From an uncultured delta proteobacterium (GTDB lineage Bacteria > Desulfobacterota > Desulfobacteria > Desulfobacterales > UBA2156), in assembly GCA_963736855.1 (NCBI GenBank), contig CAVTQK010000015.1:416001-480000 (forward strand): a DNA stretch of 64,000 nucleotides, in the 5' to 3' direction. Below the pieces are notes generated by a model. That model was given only the letters and a program-made list of their open reading frames with translations. It had not been told where the DNA came from and searched no databases. The translations under genes and the position numbers were made by a program. This document shows positions 38,774-49,765 of the stretch, one piece after another. Position 1 is the first letter of the stretch; each line of letters begins with the position of its first letter.

Positions 38774-39949
38774 TCATGCAACCTGCGGGTTGTTGCTTTC
38801 CATGAGTCGAAAGGCGATATCGGCCGTCCGGTCGGATGCGCCTCTTCCCCCCAAAAGGGACCTGAGCCGGTTACATTCCTCTATAATTTGATCCTTGTAG
38901 TCCGTATCCGTCAGCATGCGATGGCATCGTTCGGCAAGGGTTTGGGGTGTAGCCTCTTTTTGAATCAGCTCCGGCTGGATCTCCTTTCCAGCGATCAGGT
39001 TGGCCAGTCCGATGTGAGGGACTTTGATCAGCATCCTCCCTACCCAAAAACTGATGGGCGATACCCGATAGCAAATGACACACGGAACACCGGAAAGGGC
39101 CGCTTCCAGGGTCACCGTTCCCGATGTTGCCATGACCAGTTCCACCCGCTGTAATATTTTTTGCACGTTTGCTTCGGACAATTCACACGGGATATTCGAT
39201 CCCGATCGCTGGAGGATTCTCTCTACTCGGGCTTTTCCCACCGTATGCGCAGCGGAAACGACAAATTCCAGATCCGGATGCCGGACCTTCAGGATCCCGG
39301 CAGCCTCCAGCATAATGGGGAGATGCCGTTCCACCTCCCGCTCTCTGGACCCCGGAAGAATGCCCACCGTCCGATGCCGATGCGTTTCCGGGTCTTTTGC
39401 TGTTTCAACCCGTTCTTCTTCGGCATCCAGTAGTGGATGCCCCACAAAGGTCACCGGGATGTTCCATTTTTCGTAAAAGGCCTCTTCGAACGGAAGGATG
39501 ACTGCCAGGTGATCCACCAGTTCCTTGAGTCTCGCCGCCCGACCCTGTCGCCATGCCCACAACTGGGGGCTGATGTAGTACAACACCGGGATCCCCAGCT
39601 TCTTTGCCGTGGGCGCCACTCTGAGATTGAAATCGGGAAAATCGACCAGGATGACCAGATCGGGCTTCAGATTCTTCAAGAGGCTTTTGACAAGCGCCAT
39701 CCCCTTAAGGATGACCGGCAGCTTGGCCAGAGACTCGGTGACACCCACGGCGGTCACCGCACCGGCCTCCATCAGGATTCTAGCGCCGGCCTCCCGCATG
39801 GCCTGTCCCCCGATCCCGCAAAAGAAAAGGGACGGTTCCTTCTTTTTCATGGAGCGTACGAGGTTGGCTGCATGAAGGTCGCCGGATGCTTCTCCGACAA
39901 CGATGATGACACAGCGGCCCCGCCTTTTTTCCTCTTTTACCTCTCCCAT
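38774..39949 (-). CDS. lpxB: Lipid-A-disaccharide synthase
   Basis: GEASGD, DFPDFN, SPQLWAWR, LPFE, FVGHP, LPGSR, SGTVTLE. Confidence 0.97.
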   Translation of the reverse strand: MGEVKEEKRRGRCVIIVVGEASGDLHAANLVRSMKKKEPSLFFCGIGGQAMREAGARILMEAGAVTAVGVTESLAKLPVILKGMALVKSLLKNLKPDLVILVDFPDFNLRVAPTAKKLGIPVLYYISPQLWAWRQGRAARLKELVDHLAVILPFEEAFYEKWNIPVTFVGHPLLDAEEERVETAKDPETHRHRTVGILPGSREREVERHLPIMLEAAGILKVRHPDLEFVVSAAHTVGKARVERILQRSGSNIPCELSEANVQKILQRVELVMATSGTVTLEAALSGVPCVICYRVSPISFWVGRMLIKVPHIGLANLIAGKEIQPELIQKEATPQTLAERCHRMLTDTDYKDQIIEECNRLRSLLGGRGASDRTADIAFRLMESNNPQVA

Positions 39950-39950
39950 T

Positions 39951-40916
39951 TCACAACGCACCCTTCAACAATGGATAGCTGGTGGTGCGGATTTGATCCA
40001 TGATCTGAAGCGCGATCCGAAGGGCGTTGCGTCCCGCCTCGCCACTGACCAGGGGCGGTCTTCGATAGCGTGCGGATTCAATGAAGGCTTTCAGTTCCGC
40101 TTCCAGGGTGTCTTCTTTGGGGAAAGCGAGCCGGCGGATCCGCATTCCCGGGATGAGGCTGTCCGGTTCACCTTCACCCTTGTCAATGACCGTAATTTCC
40201 TGGTCGGAAAAATTAACCGAAATATACTGATCTTTTTGAAACAGTCTAAGTTTCCTTTCGTTTTTAAGGGAAATGCGGCTGGCTGTGATATTGGCGATGC
40301 ATCCGTTTTCAAATTCCATCCGTGCGTTGGCGATATCCACATGCTCGGAGACGAGGGGCATCCCCGCAGCCCGGATTTCCCTCAGCCCCACATTGACGAA
40401 ATTCAGGATGATATCGATATCGTGGATCATAAGGTCGAGAACAACACTCACATCCGTGCAACGGGGTTTGTACTGGCTCAACCGGTGTGATTCGATGAAG
40501 AGGGGAGTCCTGACGATCCCCTTCAAGGCCAGCACCGCGGGGTTAAACCTCTCCAGGTGTCCAACTTGGATGAATCGACCATGGGACCTGGCGATCTCGA
40601 TGAGTTCATCGGCCTCCTCTAGGGTAGTGGTAATGGGTTTTTCGAGGAGGACATCCACATCCTCCTTCAAAAAATCTTTCGCGATGCTGAAATGATTTGG
40701 GGTGGAAACGGCGATGCTTACGGCATCGACCATTCCGAGAATCTCGCGGTGGTCTCCGTAAGAGCGGGTCCCCACGCTCCGGCCCACTGTTTTAGCCCGA
40801 TCCGCGTCGATGTCCACGACGCCTACCAGCTCCGCCTCCGGGATCTTTAGATATTTTTCGGCGTGGTACCGGCCCAGGTACCCGACTCCGATCACGCCCA
40901 CCCGCACCTTTTTCAT
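39951..40916 (-). CDS. Gfo/Idh/MocA oxidoreductase, GnnA-like
   Basis: GVGYLG, EKP, QVGHLERFNP, DLMIHDID, ASRIS; lies between lpxI and lpxB. Confidence 0.88.
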   Translation of the reverse strand: MKKVRVGVIGVGYLGRYHAEKYLKIPEAELVGVVDIDADRAKTVGRSVGTRSYGDHREILGMVDAVSIAVSTPNHFSIAKDFLKEDVDVLLEKPITTTLEEADELIEIARSHGRFIQVGHLERFNPAVLALKGIVRTPLFIESHRLSQYKPRCTDVSVVLDLMIHDIDIILNFVNVGLREIRAAGMPLVSEHVDIANARMEFENGCIANITASRISLKNERKLRLFQKDQYISVNFSDQEITVIDKGEGEPDSLIPGMRIRRLAFPKEDTLEAELKAFIESARYRRPPLVSGEAGRNALRIALQIMDQIRTTSYPLLKGAL

Positions 40917-40988
40917 GGATCCTATCTATCGTATCTGCTTAGATTGTTCCGAGGCTTGATCATCTTATTACCCATCTCGTATTCCTCT

Positions 40989-41861
40989 TTACTTGTCACC
41001 GACCTCCGGCCCTTGATCCATGTTTTTCATCCCCACGATGGCAATCCCAAAACGATCGGCGAGAGCGATCATTTCCTGTCGATCGAATACCACGGTCTTT
41101 CCCGCCTCTACGGCCAGGGCGCCGACACCGGCATCGTACATGGTCTGCACCGTCTGCATCCCCACCGCGGGAATGTCGAAGCGCGTATCTTGGTTCGGCT
41201 TGCATACTTTCACCGCTACAGCGCCTCCCTTTCCCAGCTGTCCCCCCCTGGATATGGCGGCATCCGTCCCTTCGATGGCTTCCACCGCCAGTATGGTCCC
41301 TCCGGCTACCACCACACACTGCCCGATATCCAGCCCGCCGATATCCCTGGCACATTTCCATCCGAAAGCGATATCTGCAGCCTCGGACCGGTTCGGGCGT
41401 CTTTGGGTCCAGACCCCCTCAGGCGCCAAAAGATCCGGGAGTAAAAAGGTGGAGGGTCGGATCCGGATCCCCTCCTTTTCCAGAACGCCCGCAAAAGACC
41501 TCAGCATACCGTCATCGTGGGTGCTGAACATTTTGAGCAAAAGGGAAATGGCCTTGGAATCAGGCTTGACGTCCGAAAACATGCGCGTCTTTTTAATGGA
41601 TCCCATCATGACCGTCTCCACGACCTGATTCTTTTTAAAAAACCGAATGAGGCGTCGGACCTGCCCCAGGTGCATCCATTCGATGGCTTCCACCCCATCG
41701 GCCAACCGGGGATCCGCCTCGTTCAGATATGCTGCGGCATAGATAGAAAGCCCTTTTTCTTTCGCCTTTTTTGCAAAAAGCAGGGGAAATTGTCCGCCCC
41801 CGGCAATCAAACCGATACGGTCGCCGGCGGTCAGATGTCTCACGATCCCGTTCTTTTTCAT
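40989..41861 (-). CDS. lpxI: UDP-2,3-diacylglucosamine pyrophosphatase
   Basis: GLIAGGGQFP, DIGQ, AVEAIEGTD, QDTRFDIPAVG. Confidence 0.95.
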   Translation of the reverse strand: MKKNGIVRHLTAGDRIGLIAGGGQFPLLFAKKAKEKGLSIYAAAYLNEADPRLADGVEAIEWMHLGQVRRLIRFFKKNQVVETVMMGSIKKTRMFSDVKPDSKAISLLLKMFSTHDDGMLRSFAGVLEKEGIRIRPSTFLLPDLLAPEGVWTQRRPNRSEAADIAFGWKCARDIGGLDIGQCVVVAGGTILAVEAIEGTDAAISRGGQLGKGGAVAVKVCKPNQDTRFDIPAVGMQTVQTMYDAGVGALAVEAGKTVVFDRQEMIALADRFGIAIVGMKNMDQGPEVGDK

Positions 41862-41882
41862 GTTTTTAAAAGTCTATATATC

Positions 41883-41944
41883 TTTCACCCTCTCCTCATC
41901 CTGGTTCCTTTCCTCCGGTCTGTGGGGAACGGGAAGGGTGAAGG
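41883..41944. repeat. Imperfect inverted repeat (REP-like) between lpxA and lpxI
   Basis: CTTTCACCCTCTCC ... GGGAAGGGTGAAGG. Confidence 0.4.
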
Positions 41945-42013
41945 TTTTATTGATGAAAAAACAAAAATGCAATCCTTAATTGACGTTGGGGGTGCCCCGA
42001 TCCAAGCAGCGTA

Positions 42014-42784
42014 TTATCGCGTGACCCCCCTCTGGGATTGTTTCACAAATTCGATGAAGGTCACAACTTCGGGAATCTGCTCCACCTCGGCCCGAACCCG
42101 CTCAATGGCTTCGTTCAACGTGAGACCGATCCGAAAGAAGATCCGGTAGGTCTTTTTTAAAAGGGAAAGCGTCTTTTCCGAAAAACCCTGGCGTCTCAGA
42201 CCGACGCTGTTGAGTCCGTGCAACTGGGCCCGGTCCCCCGCAGCGATGACATAGGGAGGCACGTCCTTGACCACTGCGGATTTCCCCCCTACGAAGGCAT
42301 AATCCCCGATCCGTACAAACTGGTGGATAGCGACCAAACCGCCGATGGTGGCGTAGTTGCCGATGGTGATGTGGCCGGCCAATGTTGCGTTATTGGCCAT
42401 CATCACCCGCCGGCCGGTTTTACAGTCGTGGGCGATGTGGGAGTAGGCCATGATGAAATTTTCTTCCCCCACTTCTGTGACTCCGCCGCCGAAACCGGTT
42501 CCTCTATGGACGGTCACAAACTCCCGGATGATGCTTCCCTGTCCGATCTTGACGTAGGTTTCCTCTCCGGTGAACTTGACGGACTGAGGCACGGCGCCGA
42601 TGGCGGCATGCTGAAAAATCTCACAGTCCGGTCCGATGGTGACGTAAGGATCGATCACCGTATGGGATCCAATACGGGTCCCCTTGCCGATGATCACATT
42701 TCCGGCGATAACGGCGTAAGGCCCGATGGTCACGTTTTTCGCGATATCCGCTTTGGAATCCACAATTGCTGTTGGATGAATCAT
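42014..42784 (-). CDS. lpxA: UDP-N-acetylglucosamine acyltransferase
   Basis: IHPTAIV, hexapeptide repeats, [24 protein letters not shown]. Confidence 0.97.
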   Translation of the reverse strand: MIHPTAIVDSKADIAKNVTIGPYAVIAGNVIIGKGTRIGSHTVIDPYVTIGPDCEIFQHAAIGAVPQSVKFTGEETYVKIGQGSIIREFVTVHRGTGFGGGVTEVGEENFIMAYSHIAHDCKTGRRVMMANNATLAGHITIGNYATIGGLVAIHQFVRIGDYAFVGGKSAVVKDVPPYVIAAGDRAQLHGLNSVGLRRQGFSEKTLSLLKKTYRIFFRIGLTLNEAIERVRAEVEQIPEVVTFIEFVKQSQRGVTR

Positions 42785-43227
42785 TCGCTTTCTCCGATGC
42801 TTGCCATCAGCTCCGCCTCAGTGACCAGTTTCCCATCGACCTTCGCTACCCCAGCCATTTTGATCACTCTGGAGCGCAGTTTCAGAATTTGGACTTCAAA
42901 AATCAGTTGGTCCCCGGGAATGACGGGCTTTCGGAAACGGACCTTGTCGATGCCCATGAAATAGATCAACGCTCCCTGTCGGATTTCGGATACCGACTCG
43001 AAGGCTAAGACACCCCCCGCTTGCCCCATGGCTTCCACGATCAGCACCCCGGGCATTACGGGAGATTGGGGGAAATGCCCCTGAAAAAATGGTTCATTGA
43101 TGGTCACATTCTTCAGGGCCACAGCCCTTTCCCGGGGGACCAGTTCAATGATGCGATCGATGAGCAAAAAGGGATACCGATGGGGCAAAAACCCCATGAT
43201 CCGTTGAATATCATACACTTTTTCCAT
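42781..43227 (-). CDS. fabZ: 3-hydroxyacyl-ACP dehydratase
   Basis: [30 protein letters not shown]. Confidence 0.97.
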   Translation of the reverse strand: MEKVYDIQRIMGFLPHRYPFLLIDRIIELVPRERAVALKNVTINEPFFQGHFPQSPVMPGVLIVEAMGQAGGVLAFESVSEIRQGALIYFMGIDKVRFRKPVIPGDQLIFEVQILKLRSRVIKMAGVAKVDGKLVTEAELMASIGESE

Positions 43228-44248
43228 CTTTTTCCTCGATACGCTTCAAACGTTTTTCAAGATCCGTCACCTTCTTCTTAAGCTCGGGCAGACTCGGAAG
43301 GGTGCGCTGTACCCTGAGCCAAACCCGGTGGGGTATTTCAGGCGTACCGGAGACCGTCTGTCCTTTCGGGACGGATCTCGTCACACCGGCTTGGGGTCCT
43401 ACGGTGACATTATCTCCGATTTCCAGGTGTCCTCCAACCCCGGCCTGACCGGCTAAAATGGCATGCCTTCCGATGGTCACACTCCCTGAAATCCCCACCT
43501 GGCCCGCCAGAATCGTGTGGGCGCCCACCGTGACGTTGTGGGCTACATGGACCAAATTGTCCGTCTTGACCCCCTGCTGGATCCAGGTCTTTCCGAAAGT
43601 CCCTCGATCGATGGTGTTGTTCGCACCGATCTCTACGTCATCGTCGATCTGCACGAAGCCCAGATGTGGGATTTTGTGGTACCCTTCTCCGTCCGGCGCA
43701 AAGCCGAAGCCGTCGCTGCCTATGACCGTGCCTGCATGGATCATGACCCGGTTCCCGATGCGGCAACCCTCCCGGATGGTCACGTTCGGATAGATCGTCA
43801 CGTCGTTTCCGACGGTCACCCCGTCCCCCACCACCACACCGGAGTGAAGAACGACCCGATCTCCAAGAGTTACATCATTACCCATGGAAACAAAGGGGAA
43901 AAGGGTCACCTCTTTCCCATGTGAAAACCGGTTTCCGAAAGCTGCCAAAGGACTGATTCCAGGTGCAGGCCTTTTGGCCGGACAGATGAGGGACACCGCT
44001 TTGGCAAAAGCCACTTGAGGGTTCCCGACGCATATCAGTGTCCTGGAACACGCCGGAGTTCCCAGGGGAACGATCACTGCACCGGCACACGTTTCATCAA
44101 TTCTTTTCAGAAACCGTGGTGTCCCGGCATAAGTGATCTCCTCCGGACCCGCCGTATCAAATGGGGCCGCCCCCCGGATGATCCGGTTGGGCTCTCCAAG
44201 GATTTCGCCGCCCACCCATCCGGCGATCCGGAACACTTCAATGCCCAT
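43211..44248 (-). CDS. lpxD: UDP-3-O-acylglucosamine N-acyltransferase
   Basis: [28 protein letters not shown]. Confidence 0.97.
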   Translation of the reverse strand: MGIEVFRIAGWVGGEILGEPNRIIRGAAPFDTAGPEEITYAGTPRFLKRIDETCAGAVIVPLGTPACSRTLICVGNPQVAFAKAVSLICPAKRPAPGISPLAAFGNRFSHGKEVTLFPFVSMGNDVTLGDRVVLHSGVVVGDGVTVGNDVTIYPNVTIREGCRIGNRVMIHAGTVIGSDGFGFAPDGEGYHKIPHLGFVQIDDDVEIGANNTIDRGTFGKTWIQQGVKTDNLVHVAHNVTVGAHTILAGQVGISGSVTIGRHAILAGQAGVGGHLEIGDNVTVGPQAGVTRSVPKGQTVSGTPEIPHRVWLRVQRTLPSLPELKKKVTDLEKRLKRIEEKDGKSV

Positions 44249-44285
44249 CCGTTTGGCTCCTTGCTATCGGAAACGTTTGGATCCG

Positions 44286-44867
44286 TTACTGGGCTTTGGG
44301 TTTGGCCGGAGCCTTCTGGTCGCCCTTCACCGTTTCCTTTGAAAAACGCTCATTGTAGAGCTGGATCAATCGATCCGTCATGTCCAGAGTGCTCGGAAAA
44401 TACAGCAGCCCCCCCTCCCGACGCTCCAGGATCAAAAGATATCCTTCTTTTTTTCCGATCTCCTCGATCAAACCCATCACTTCTTTTTGAATTTTGGCGA
44501 TGAGCCGCCTTTCCATCTCTTTGAAATCCGAGGCATACTTTTTCTGCAGCTCTTTGAAATCGCCGACCTTGATCCTGAAGTCCCGCTCTTTTTCTTCGCG
44601 CTTCTCCTTGCTCATGACCAGGGCCTCTTGTTCGAGCCGCTTGCGGACCCCCTCAATATCATCGCCCTGCTTCTTGAGTTCGGTCTCCATCTGTTTGCCC
44701 TGCTTGTTGATCTCGGACTGCGCCATTTTCCCGGCTTCCGAAATCGACAGGATCTTTTGAAAATCGACGACGCCTATCTTGGCAATATCAGCTCCCCACA
44801 CGGTACCCGAGGATGTTAAAATCATCACCGCAGCCCACAGGATGCCCGCGTGTTTGATTGTACCCAT
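44286..44867 (-). CDS. skp: OmpH/Skp periplasmic chaperone
   Basis: Signal peptide, KIGVVDFQKIL, coiled coil; between bamA and lpxD. Confidence 0.93.
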   Translation of the reverse strand: MGTIKHAGILWAAVMILTSSGTVWGADIAKIGVVDFQKILSISEAGKMAQSEINKQGKQMETELKKQGDDIEGVRKRLEQEALVMSKEKREEKERDFRIKVGDFKELQKKYASDFKEMERRLIAKIQKEVMGLIEEIGKKEGYLLILERREGGLLYFPSTLDMTDRLIQLYNERFSKETVKGDQKAPAKPKAQ

Positions 44868-44929
44868 TCTCTTTTCCTTTCTCAATGAGGCGTCGCTTTT
44901 GACTTTCGACACCCGTTTCGGTATCCGGA

Positions 44930-47623
44930 TTAAAACCCGGTGGACATGGAAAACTCCCATCGACCCGAGCTTTCCCCTTCCAGCCGATCCAGGACCAACC
45001 CATATTCCAGCCGGATGGGACCTACAGGGGAAAACCACCGGAATCCTAAGCCGGCGCTTTCCCGCATATTGGACAGATCGATGTTTTCATCGTTGTTGTA
45101 AGCATTCCCCGTATCAAAAAACGCTACTCCATAAATCCCCATATCCGGAAAAAGCGGGACCAGGTACTCGGCATTGAACTGCACAAACTTATCCCCGCCG
45201 ATTTTTATCCCGTTCTCGTCGGTCGGACTGACAGTACGCGACTTGAAACCTCGAAGGGAGCTGATTCCGCCCAGGTAGAAACGCTCCCAGTCCGGCAGCC
45301 TTCCTTCGGAATTTTCACGGACATATCCGGCCTTGGCATGTAGAAAACCCACCGTTCCTTTATAAACCGGGAAATACCATCCCGTCTGTCCGATATATTT
45401 GGTGAAGGCGATATCACCCCCGAATCCGGCGTACTCGACGCTGACACTGTGTTCGGACCCTTCGGTGGGGTTAAAGATCCGGTTTCTCGAATCCCATCGA
45501 ATCTCTGCCGAAACGCTGCTCTGGGTGTTGGTTCCCTCGAATTCCTTGATGCTGGGCGGTGCATCTTCCTCGATATCTTCGATGGTGGCTACCTCATAGG
45601 CATATCCGATTATAAACCTTAAATAGTCAGACCATAGGGGATATCCGAACCGCAAACCTCCGCCCGTGGCATCTTTATCATAGGTATCATAATCTTTGAT
45701 CCAGCGGTACACATCCGTCCTTGCCGAAAGGGGGATGTCAAAGAGCCAGGGCTCGGTGAAGCTCAAATTATAACGATCCGACGTGCCTCCCACATGGGCC
45801 TGGAGACTTAAAACCTGACCGCGGCCGAACAGGTTCCGCTGGGTGATCTCGCCCATGGCAAAAAACTCATCTTCGCTGCTGTAACCGGCGCCGATGGAAA
45901 ACATCCCTGTGGACTTTTCCTTTACATCGATCTTCAGGACTATCCGGTCTTCGGCGCTCCCTTTTACGGTCTGGACCTTGACGTCTTCGAAGTAATCGAG
46001 GCGATACAGGTTCCGGATGCTGCGCTTTAAGCGCTTTCCGCTGAAAAGTTCCTGCTCGTAGACCCTCAGCTCGCGGCGGATGACTTTATCCCGTGTTTTC
46101 CGGTTTCCGCTGATGAGAATTTTCTCGAAAGAGATCTGAGGACCTTTTCGGATGTGATAGTCGATGCCCACCACATGAGTGTCGGCTTTTTCGTCGATTT
46201 TGGTGGAAATGTCCACATTGGCATATCCCTGATCCGTGTAAAGATCCATCAGGGTCAACACGTCTTTTCTTACCGTCTCCCGGCTGAAATAGGCCTCTTT
46301 TATAAGTGCCAGTTTGATCTTCAGGGCACTTTCATCCTCCACATCCCCGGAGACCGTGACCGCGCCTACTTTGTATCGGGGTCCCTCCGAGATCTTGAAC
46401 GTCACCTCGATTCCGTCTTGAACGTATTTCGTCTCGGGATCGCTGACCCGTGCGTGCAGGTATCCGTGGTTCTGGTAGAACGCCGTCAGCGCCTCTTTAT
46501 CCTGGGAAAGCTTGTCGGAATCCAAATCGCCGGAAGAAGTGATAAAGGAAAAAAAGCCTTTTTCCGATGTGCTCATGATCTTCTTTAAGGCCTTGGCGTC
46601 AAAAACCGTGTTTCCCTCGAAGGCGATGGTCTGTATCCGAAGCTTATTTCCTTCCGATATGACAAACTCCAGGTCTGCCTGGTTGTTCTTTAGATCTTCG
46701 ATCTGATAGGACACCTGAGCATTATGATAATTCTTCTTCTTGTAAAGGGTCTCGATCTTTTTCAGGTTACTTTTCACCTTGAAGATATTAAGGATGGACC
46801 CGGATCGGATGTCGAGGTTTTCTAGGAGTTCCTTTTCATTGTAGATCGTGTTGCCTTTGAACCGGACCTTTCGGATGGTGGGTTTTTCCTGAACTTTAAA
46901 TACGATTGCTTTCCCTCCTGTACTCTCCTCGGCTTCGACGCGAACATCTTCAAAATAGCCCATCTGGTAGATGCGGTTCAGGTCTTCAGACAAGGACCGG
47001 ACGCTGTAAGCATCTCCGGCCTTGATCTGAATGACTTTCGATATGGCATCGGATTCAATCCGCTTGTTCCCGGAAACCGATACGTTCACAACTTTGGCCT
47101 GTTTGAAAATGTGAAGCATCAGGTCGTCGGCAAGCTTTTTCACCGCTCCGAGCAGGTTCTCAATCTTTTCTCCTTCAACAGCAAGCACCTTAGGAGGGGT
47201 TTCGGTGAAAGCCTCCAATAGGTGCGCATCGATGCTGAATCGCTGCCCTGCCTGGGTCAGACTCCCCCATACGGCATGAGTCGATCCGTTTTGGACAGCC
47301 AGATTTCGGACGGCTTTGGTCGTCGCAGCGGTATCAGTGCCGGCCATTTCCTTTTCCGAAACCACTTCGACGCCTTCCTGGCTTAGCCGATCCTGAATCA
47401 CCTGCACAATCTCTTTTTGCAGGTAGGCATACTGGGCCTGGGCATTGATTCTAAACGGAATGATCGTCACCTTTGCCCGAGTTTCGCTGCCTGCCGCCGG
47501 AAAAGCGGCCAGCACAAGTGCTACTCCTATCAACAGCCACAAATATCTCCGCCACCGGCTCTGTCGGTGACCCCAAGAGTTCGAAATCCGCCGCAGAGTG
47601 GATCGCCTAGTTTCGGTCTGCAT
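44930..47623 (-). CDS. bamA: Outer membrane protein assembly factor BamA with an extra N-terminal domain
   Basis: POTRA repeats (GNKRI, GNT, GNRKTRDKVIRREL), NLFGRG, FTEPW, GGISSLRGF, C-terminal F. Confidence 0.96.
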   Translation of the reverse strand: MQTETRRSTLRRISNSWGHRQSRWRRYLWLLIGVALVLAAFPAAGSETRAKVTIIPFRINAQAQYAYLQKEIVQVIQDRLSQEGVEVVSEKEMAGTDTAATTKAVRNLAVQNGSTHAVWGSLTQAGQRFSIDAHLLEAFTETPPKVLAVEGEKIENLLGAVKKLADDLMLHIFKQAKVVNVSVSGNKRIESDAISKVIQIKAGDAYSVRSLSEDLNRIYQMGYFEDVRVEAEESTGGKAIVFKVQEKPTIRKVRFKGNTIYNEKELLENLDIRSGSILNIFKVKSNLKKIETLYKKKNYHNAQVSYQIEDLKNNQADLEFVISEGNKLRIQTIAFEGNTVFDAKALKKIMSTSEKGFFSFITSSGDLDSDKLSQDKEALTAFYQNHGYLHARVSDPETKYVQDGIEVTFKISEGPRYKVGAVTVSGDVEDESALKIKLALIKEAYFSRETVRKDVLTLMDLYTDQGYANVDISTKIDEKADTHVVGIDYHIRKGPQISFEKILISGNRKTRDKVIRRELRVYEQELFSGKRLKRSIRNLYRLDYFEDVKVQTVKGSAEDRIVLKIDVKEKSTGMFSIGAGYSSEDEFFAMGEITQRNLFGRGQVLSLQAHVGGTSDRYNLSFTEPWLFDIPLSARTDVYRWIKDYDTYDKDATGGGLRFGYPLWSDYLRFIIGYAYEVATIEDIEEDAPPSIKEFEGTNTQSSVSAEIRWDSRNRIFNPTEGSEHSVSVEYAGFGGDIAFTKYIGQTGWYFPVYKGTVGFLHAKAGYVRENSEGRLPDWERFYLGGISSLRGFKSRTVSPTDENGIKIGGDKFVQFNAEYLVPLFPDMGIYGVAFFDTGNAYNNDENIDLSNMRESAGLGFRWFSPVGPIRLEYGLVLDRLEGESSGRWEFSMSTGF

Positions 47624-48332
47624 CTACCAATCTTCCTTCCGACAAGGTGATGCGTCTGGCCATTTTTGCCGCCAGGCGCATGTTGTGTGTGACGACCACC
47701 AGAGTCATCCCCAAGTCCTGATTCAGCGTTTTCAAAAGCTCGTGGACCTGCTGGCTGCTTCTCTCATCCAGATTTCCGGTGGGCTCATCGGCCAAGAGCA
47801 GACGGGGCTTGAGGATCAGGGCCCTGGCGAGTGCGACCCGCTGCTGCTCCCCGCCAGACATCTCAACAATCTTATGGTTCAGGCGGTGGGAAAGTCCCAC
47901 TTTTTCCAGCATTCCTTCTGCCCTGTGCCGGGCCTCTTCCCGGGTCATTCCGTGGATCAACGCCGGCATCATGGTATTTTCAACTGCGGTAAATTCTGGG
48001 AGCAGGTGGTGAAACTGAAATACGAACCCGATGGATTGATTTCGAAACGCCGCAAGTTCGGCATCGTCGAAATTAAAGACCTCTTTTTCTTCGAAAATGA
48101 GCGTTCCCTGGTCCGGCCGGTCCAGCGTACCCAGGATATGCAACAGGGTAGACTTACCGATCCCGGACGGCCCCACTACGGCCAGGGTTTCCCCCGGGTT
48201 TAATTTCAGGTCGGCCCCTTTCAGGATCTCGATTCTGGCCGTTGGGTTATGAAAACTTTTGTGTACACCTTGCATGATGAGTAAAGGCCCCTTTGCATCG
48301 GCGCTGCCGGGATCCCTGTAATGTTCATCCAT
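47607..48332 (-). CDS. lolD: Lipoprotein-releasing ABC ATPase
   Basis: GPSGIGKST, FQFHHLLPEF, SGGEQQRVA, ADEPTGNLD. Confidence 0.95.
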   Translation of the reverse strand: MDEHYRDPGSADAKGPLLIMQGVHKSFHNPTARIEILKGADLKLNPGETLAVVGPSGIGKSTLLHILGTLDRPDQGTLIFEEKEVFNFDDAELAAFRNQSIGFVFQFHHLLPEFTAVENTMMPALIHGMTREEARHRAEGMLEKVGLSHRLNHKIVEMSGGEQQRVALARALILKPRLLLADEPTGNLDERSSQQVHELLKTLNQDLGMTLVVVTHNMRLAAKMARRITLSEGRLVDADRN

Positions 48333-49563
48333 ATCGAATTGCCTCAACGGGATTGAGCCGTGCCGCCTGTCGGGAGGGGTAAAGGGTGGCAATGAAGCAA
48401 ATCACCAAGGTGGCAAAAACGATTCCTAAGACATCCGGAAGCTCAAGCTTCACCGGCAGCGTGGTGGTAAAGTAGTAAATATCGCCCGTCAGCTCGACGA
48501 TCCGGTACCGCTTGAGGACCGCGCATAGGATAAACCCCGAAATCATACCCAGCAGAGTCCCCATGGTTCCGATCACCATCCCCTTGAATACGAAAATCTT
48601 ATGAATACTTTTATCGGTGGCCCCCATGGTCTTCAATATGGCGATATCCCGGGTCTTTTCCATGACCGTCATGATCAAGGTGGAGGCGATGTTGAAAGCC
48701 GCCACCAATACGATGAGGGTCAGGATAATGAACATCACGATTTTCTCCAGCTTCAAGGCGGTAAAAAGATTCCGGTTCATTTGCATCCAGTCCCTGGTCC
48801 AGAAGGGAAAACCCAGCTTATCGACGATCCGGTCCGCCACCTCCCTCGCCCCGTAGACGTCCTTCACTCGCACCTCGATCCCGGTCACGGCTTCCGGCAT
48901 CCGCAGGAGTCTTTGCGCTTCCTCGAGATGGATGTAAGCAAAGGTTCCATCATATTCATACATGCCGGATTCGAAAAAACCGACAACTGTAAACCGCCGC
49001 ATGGCCGGCAGATGACCCATGGGGGACAGCATCCCCTTGGGGGAGATGAGATGTACGACATCTCCTTTTTGAACACCTAGGTTTTTGGCCAGCTCTTTTC
49101 CTAAGACGATCCCCGGGATAGAAACGCCGACATCGGGACCTCGGTTTTCCTTGTTTCCGTTTTCAAAAGAAACGCCCTTAAGGCTTGGGATGACCCTTCC
49201 GGCACTTTCGGGATGAACCCCTCTCAAAACTGCACCGGAAGTCCCGTCCGCCGACCGTAACATGATCTGGGTATAGATAAAGGGAGTGGCCGCTTCCACA
49301 CCCGGCGTTTCCTCCACCCGGCGCATGACAGCGCTGTAGTCGGTGAAGGTCCCCCCGTGACGCAAAAGGACCACGTGCGCCTGTCCCCCAAGGATCCGGG
49401 ATTTCAGGTCGGACTCAAAGCCGGACATTACCGCAATCACCACGATGAGGGCCATGACCCCGACCATCACACCGGCGATGGAGAGCAGGGTAATCAGCGA
49501 GATGAAGGTCTGCCGCTGCTTGGCCATGAGGTAACGGCGGCCTATAAAATATTCGTATGTCAT
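48325..49563 (-). CDS. lolE: Lipoprotein-releasing ABC permease LolC/E
   Basis: GVMALIVVIAVMSGF, VAAFNI, IAILKTMGA, YPSRQAARLNPVEAIRY. Confidence 0.93.
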   Translation of the reverse strand: MTYEYFIGRRYLMAKQRQTFISLITLLSIAGVMVGVMALIVVIAVMSGFESDLKSRILGGQAHVVLLRHGGTFTDYSAVMRRVEETPGVEAATPFIYTQIMLRSADGTSGAVLRGVHPESAGRVIPSLKGVSFENGNKENRGPDVGVSIPGIVLGKELAKNLGVQKGDVVHLISPKGMLSPMGHLPAMRRFTVVGFFESGMYEYDGTFAYIHLEEAQRLLRMPEAVTGIEVRVKDVYGAREVADRIVDKLGFPFWTRDWMQMNRNLFTALKLEKIVMFIILTLIVLVAAFNIASTLIMTVMEKTRDIAILKTMGATDKSIHKIFVFKGMVIGTMGTLLGMISGFILCAVLKRYRIVELTGDIYYFTTTLPVKLELPDVLGIVFATLVICFIATLYPSRQAARLNPVEAIRYG

Positions 49564-49588
49564 TCAGCTCTGTTTCATCTGTTGGGTC

Positions 49589-49760
49589 AAATCCGAAGCA
49601 AAAAATCCGAAATTCGAAACAAATTCATAATTCGAATCATCCGATGATCCAAACAAGTTTAATCCGGAGCTTTTTTTTGTTTTGAGCATTTGAATTCTAG
49701 CCATTAGATATTGTTTCGGATTTGCAGCGTTCGCCTTTAACCGCGTGGATATTCGAATTT
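49589..49760. repeat. Long imperfect inverted repeat with AAAT(C/T)CG heptamer ends (MITE-like)
   Basis: Colinear 47-bp arms AAATTCGAAACAA...GATCCAAACAA and TTGTTTTGAGC...TTGTTTCGGATTT around a 20-bp core. Confidence 0.7.
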
Positions 49761-49765
49761 CCCCC

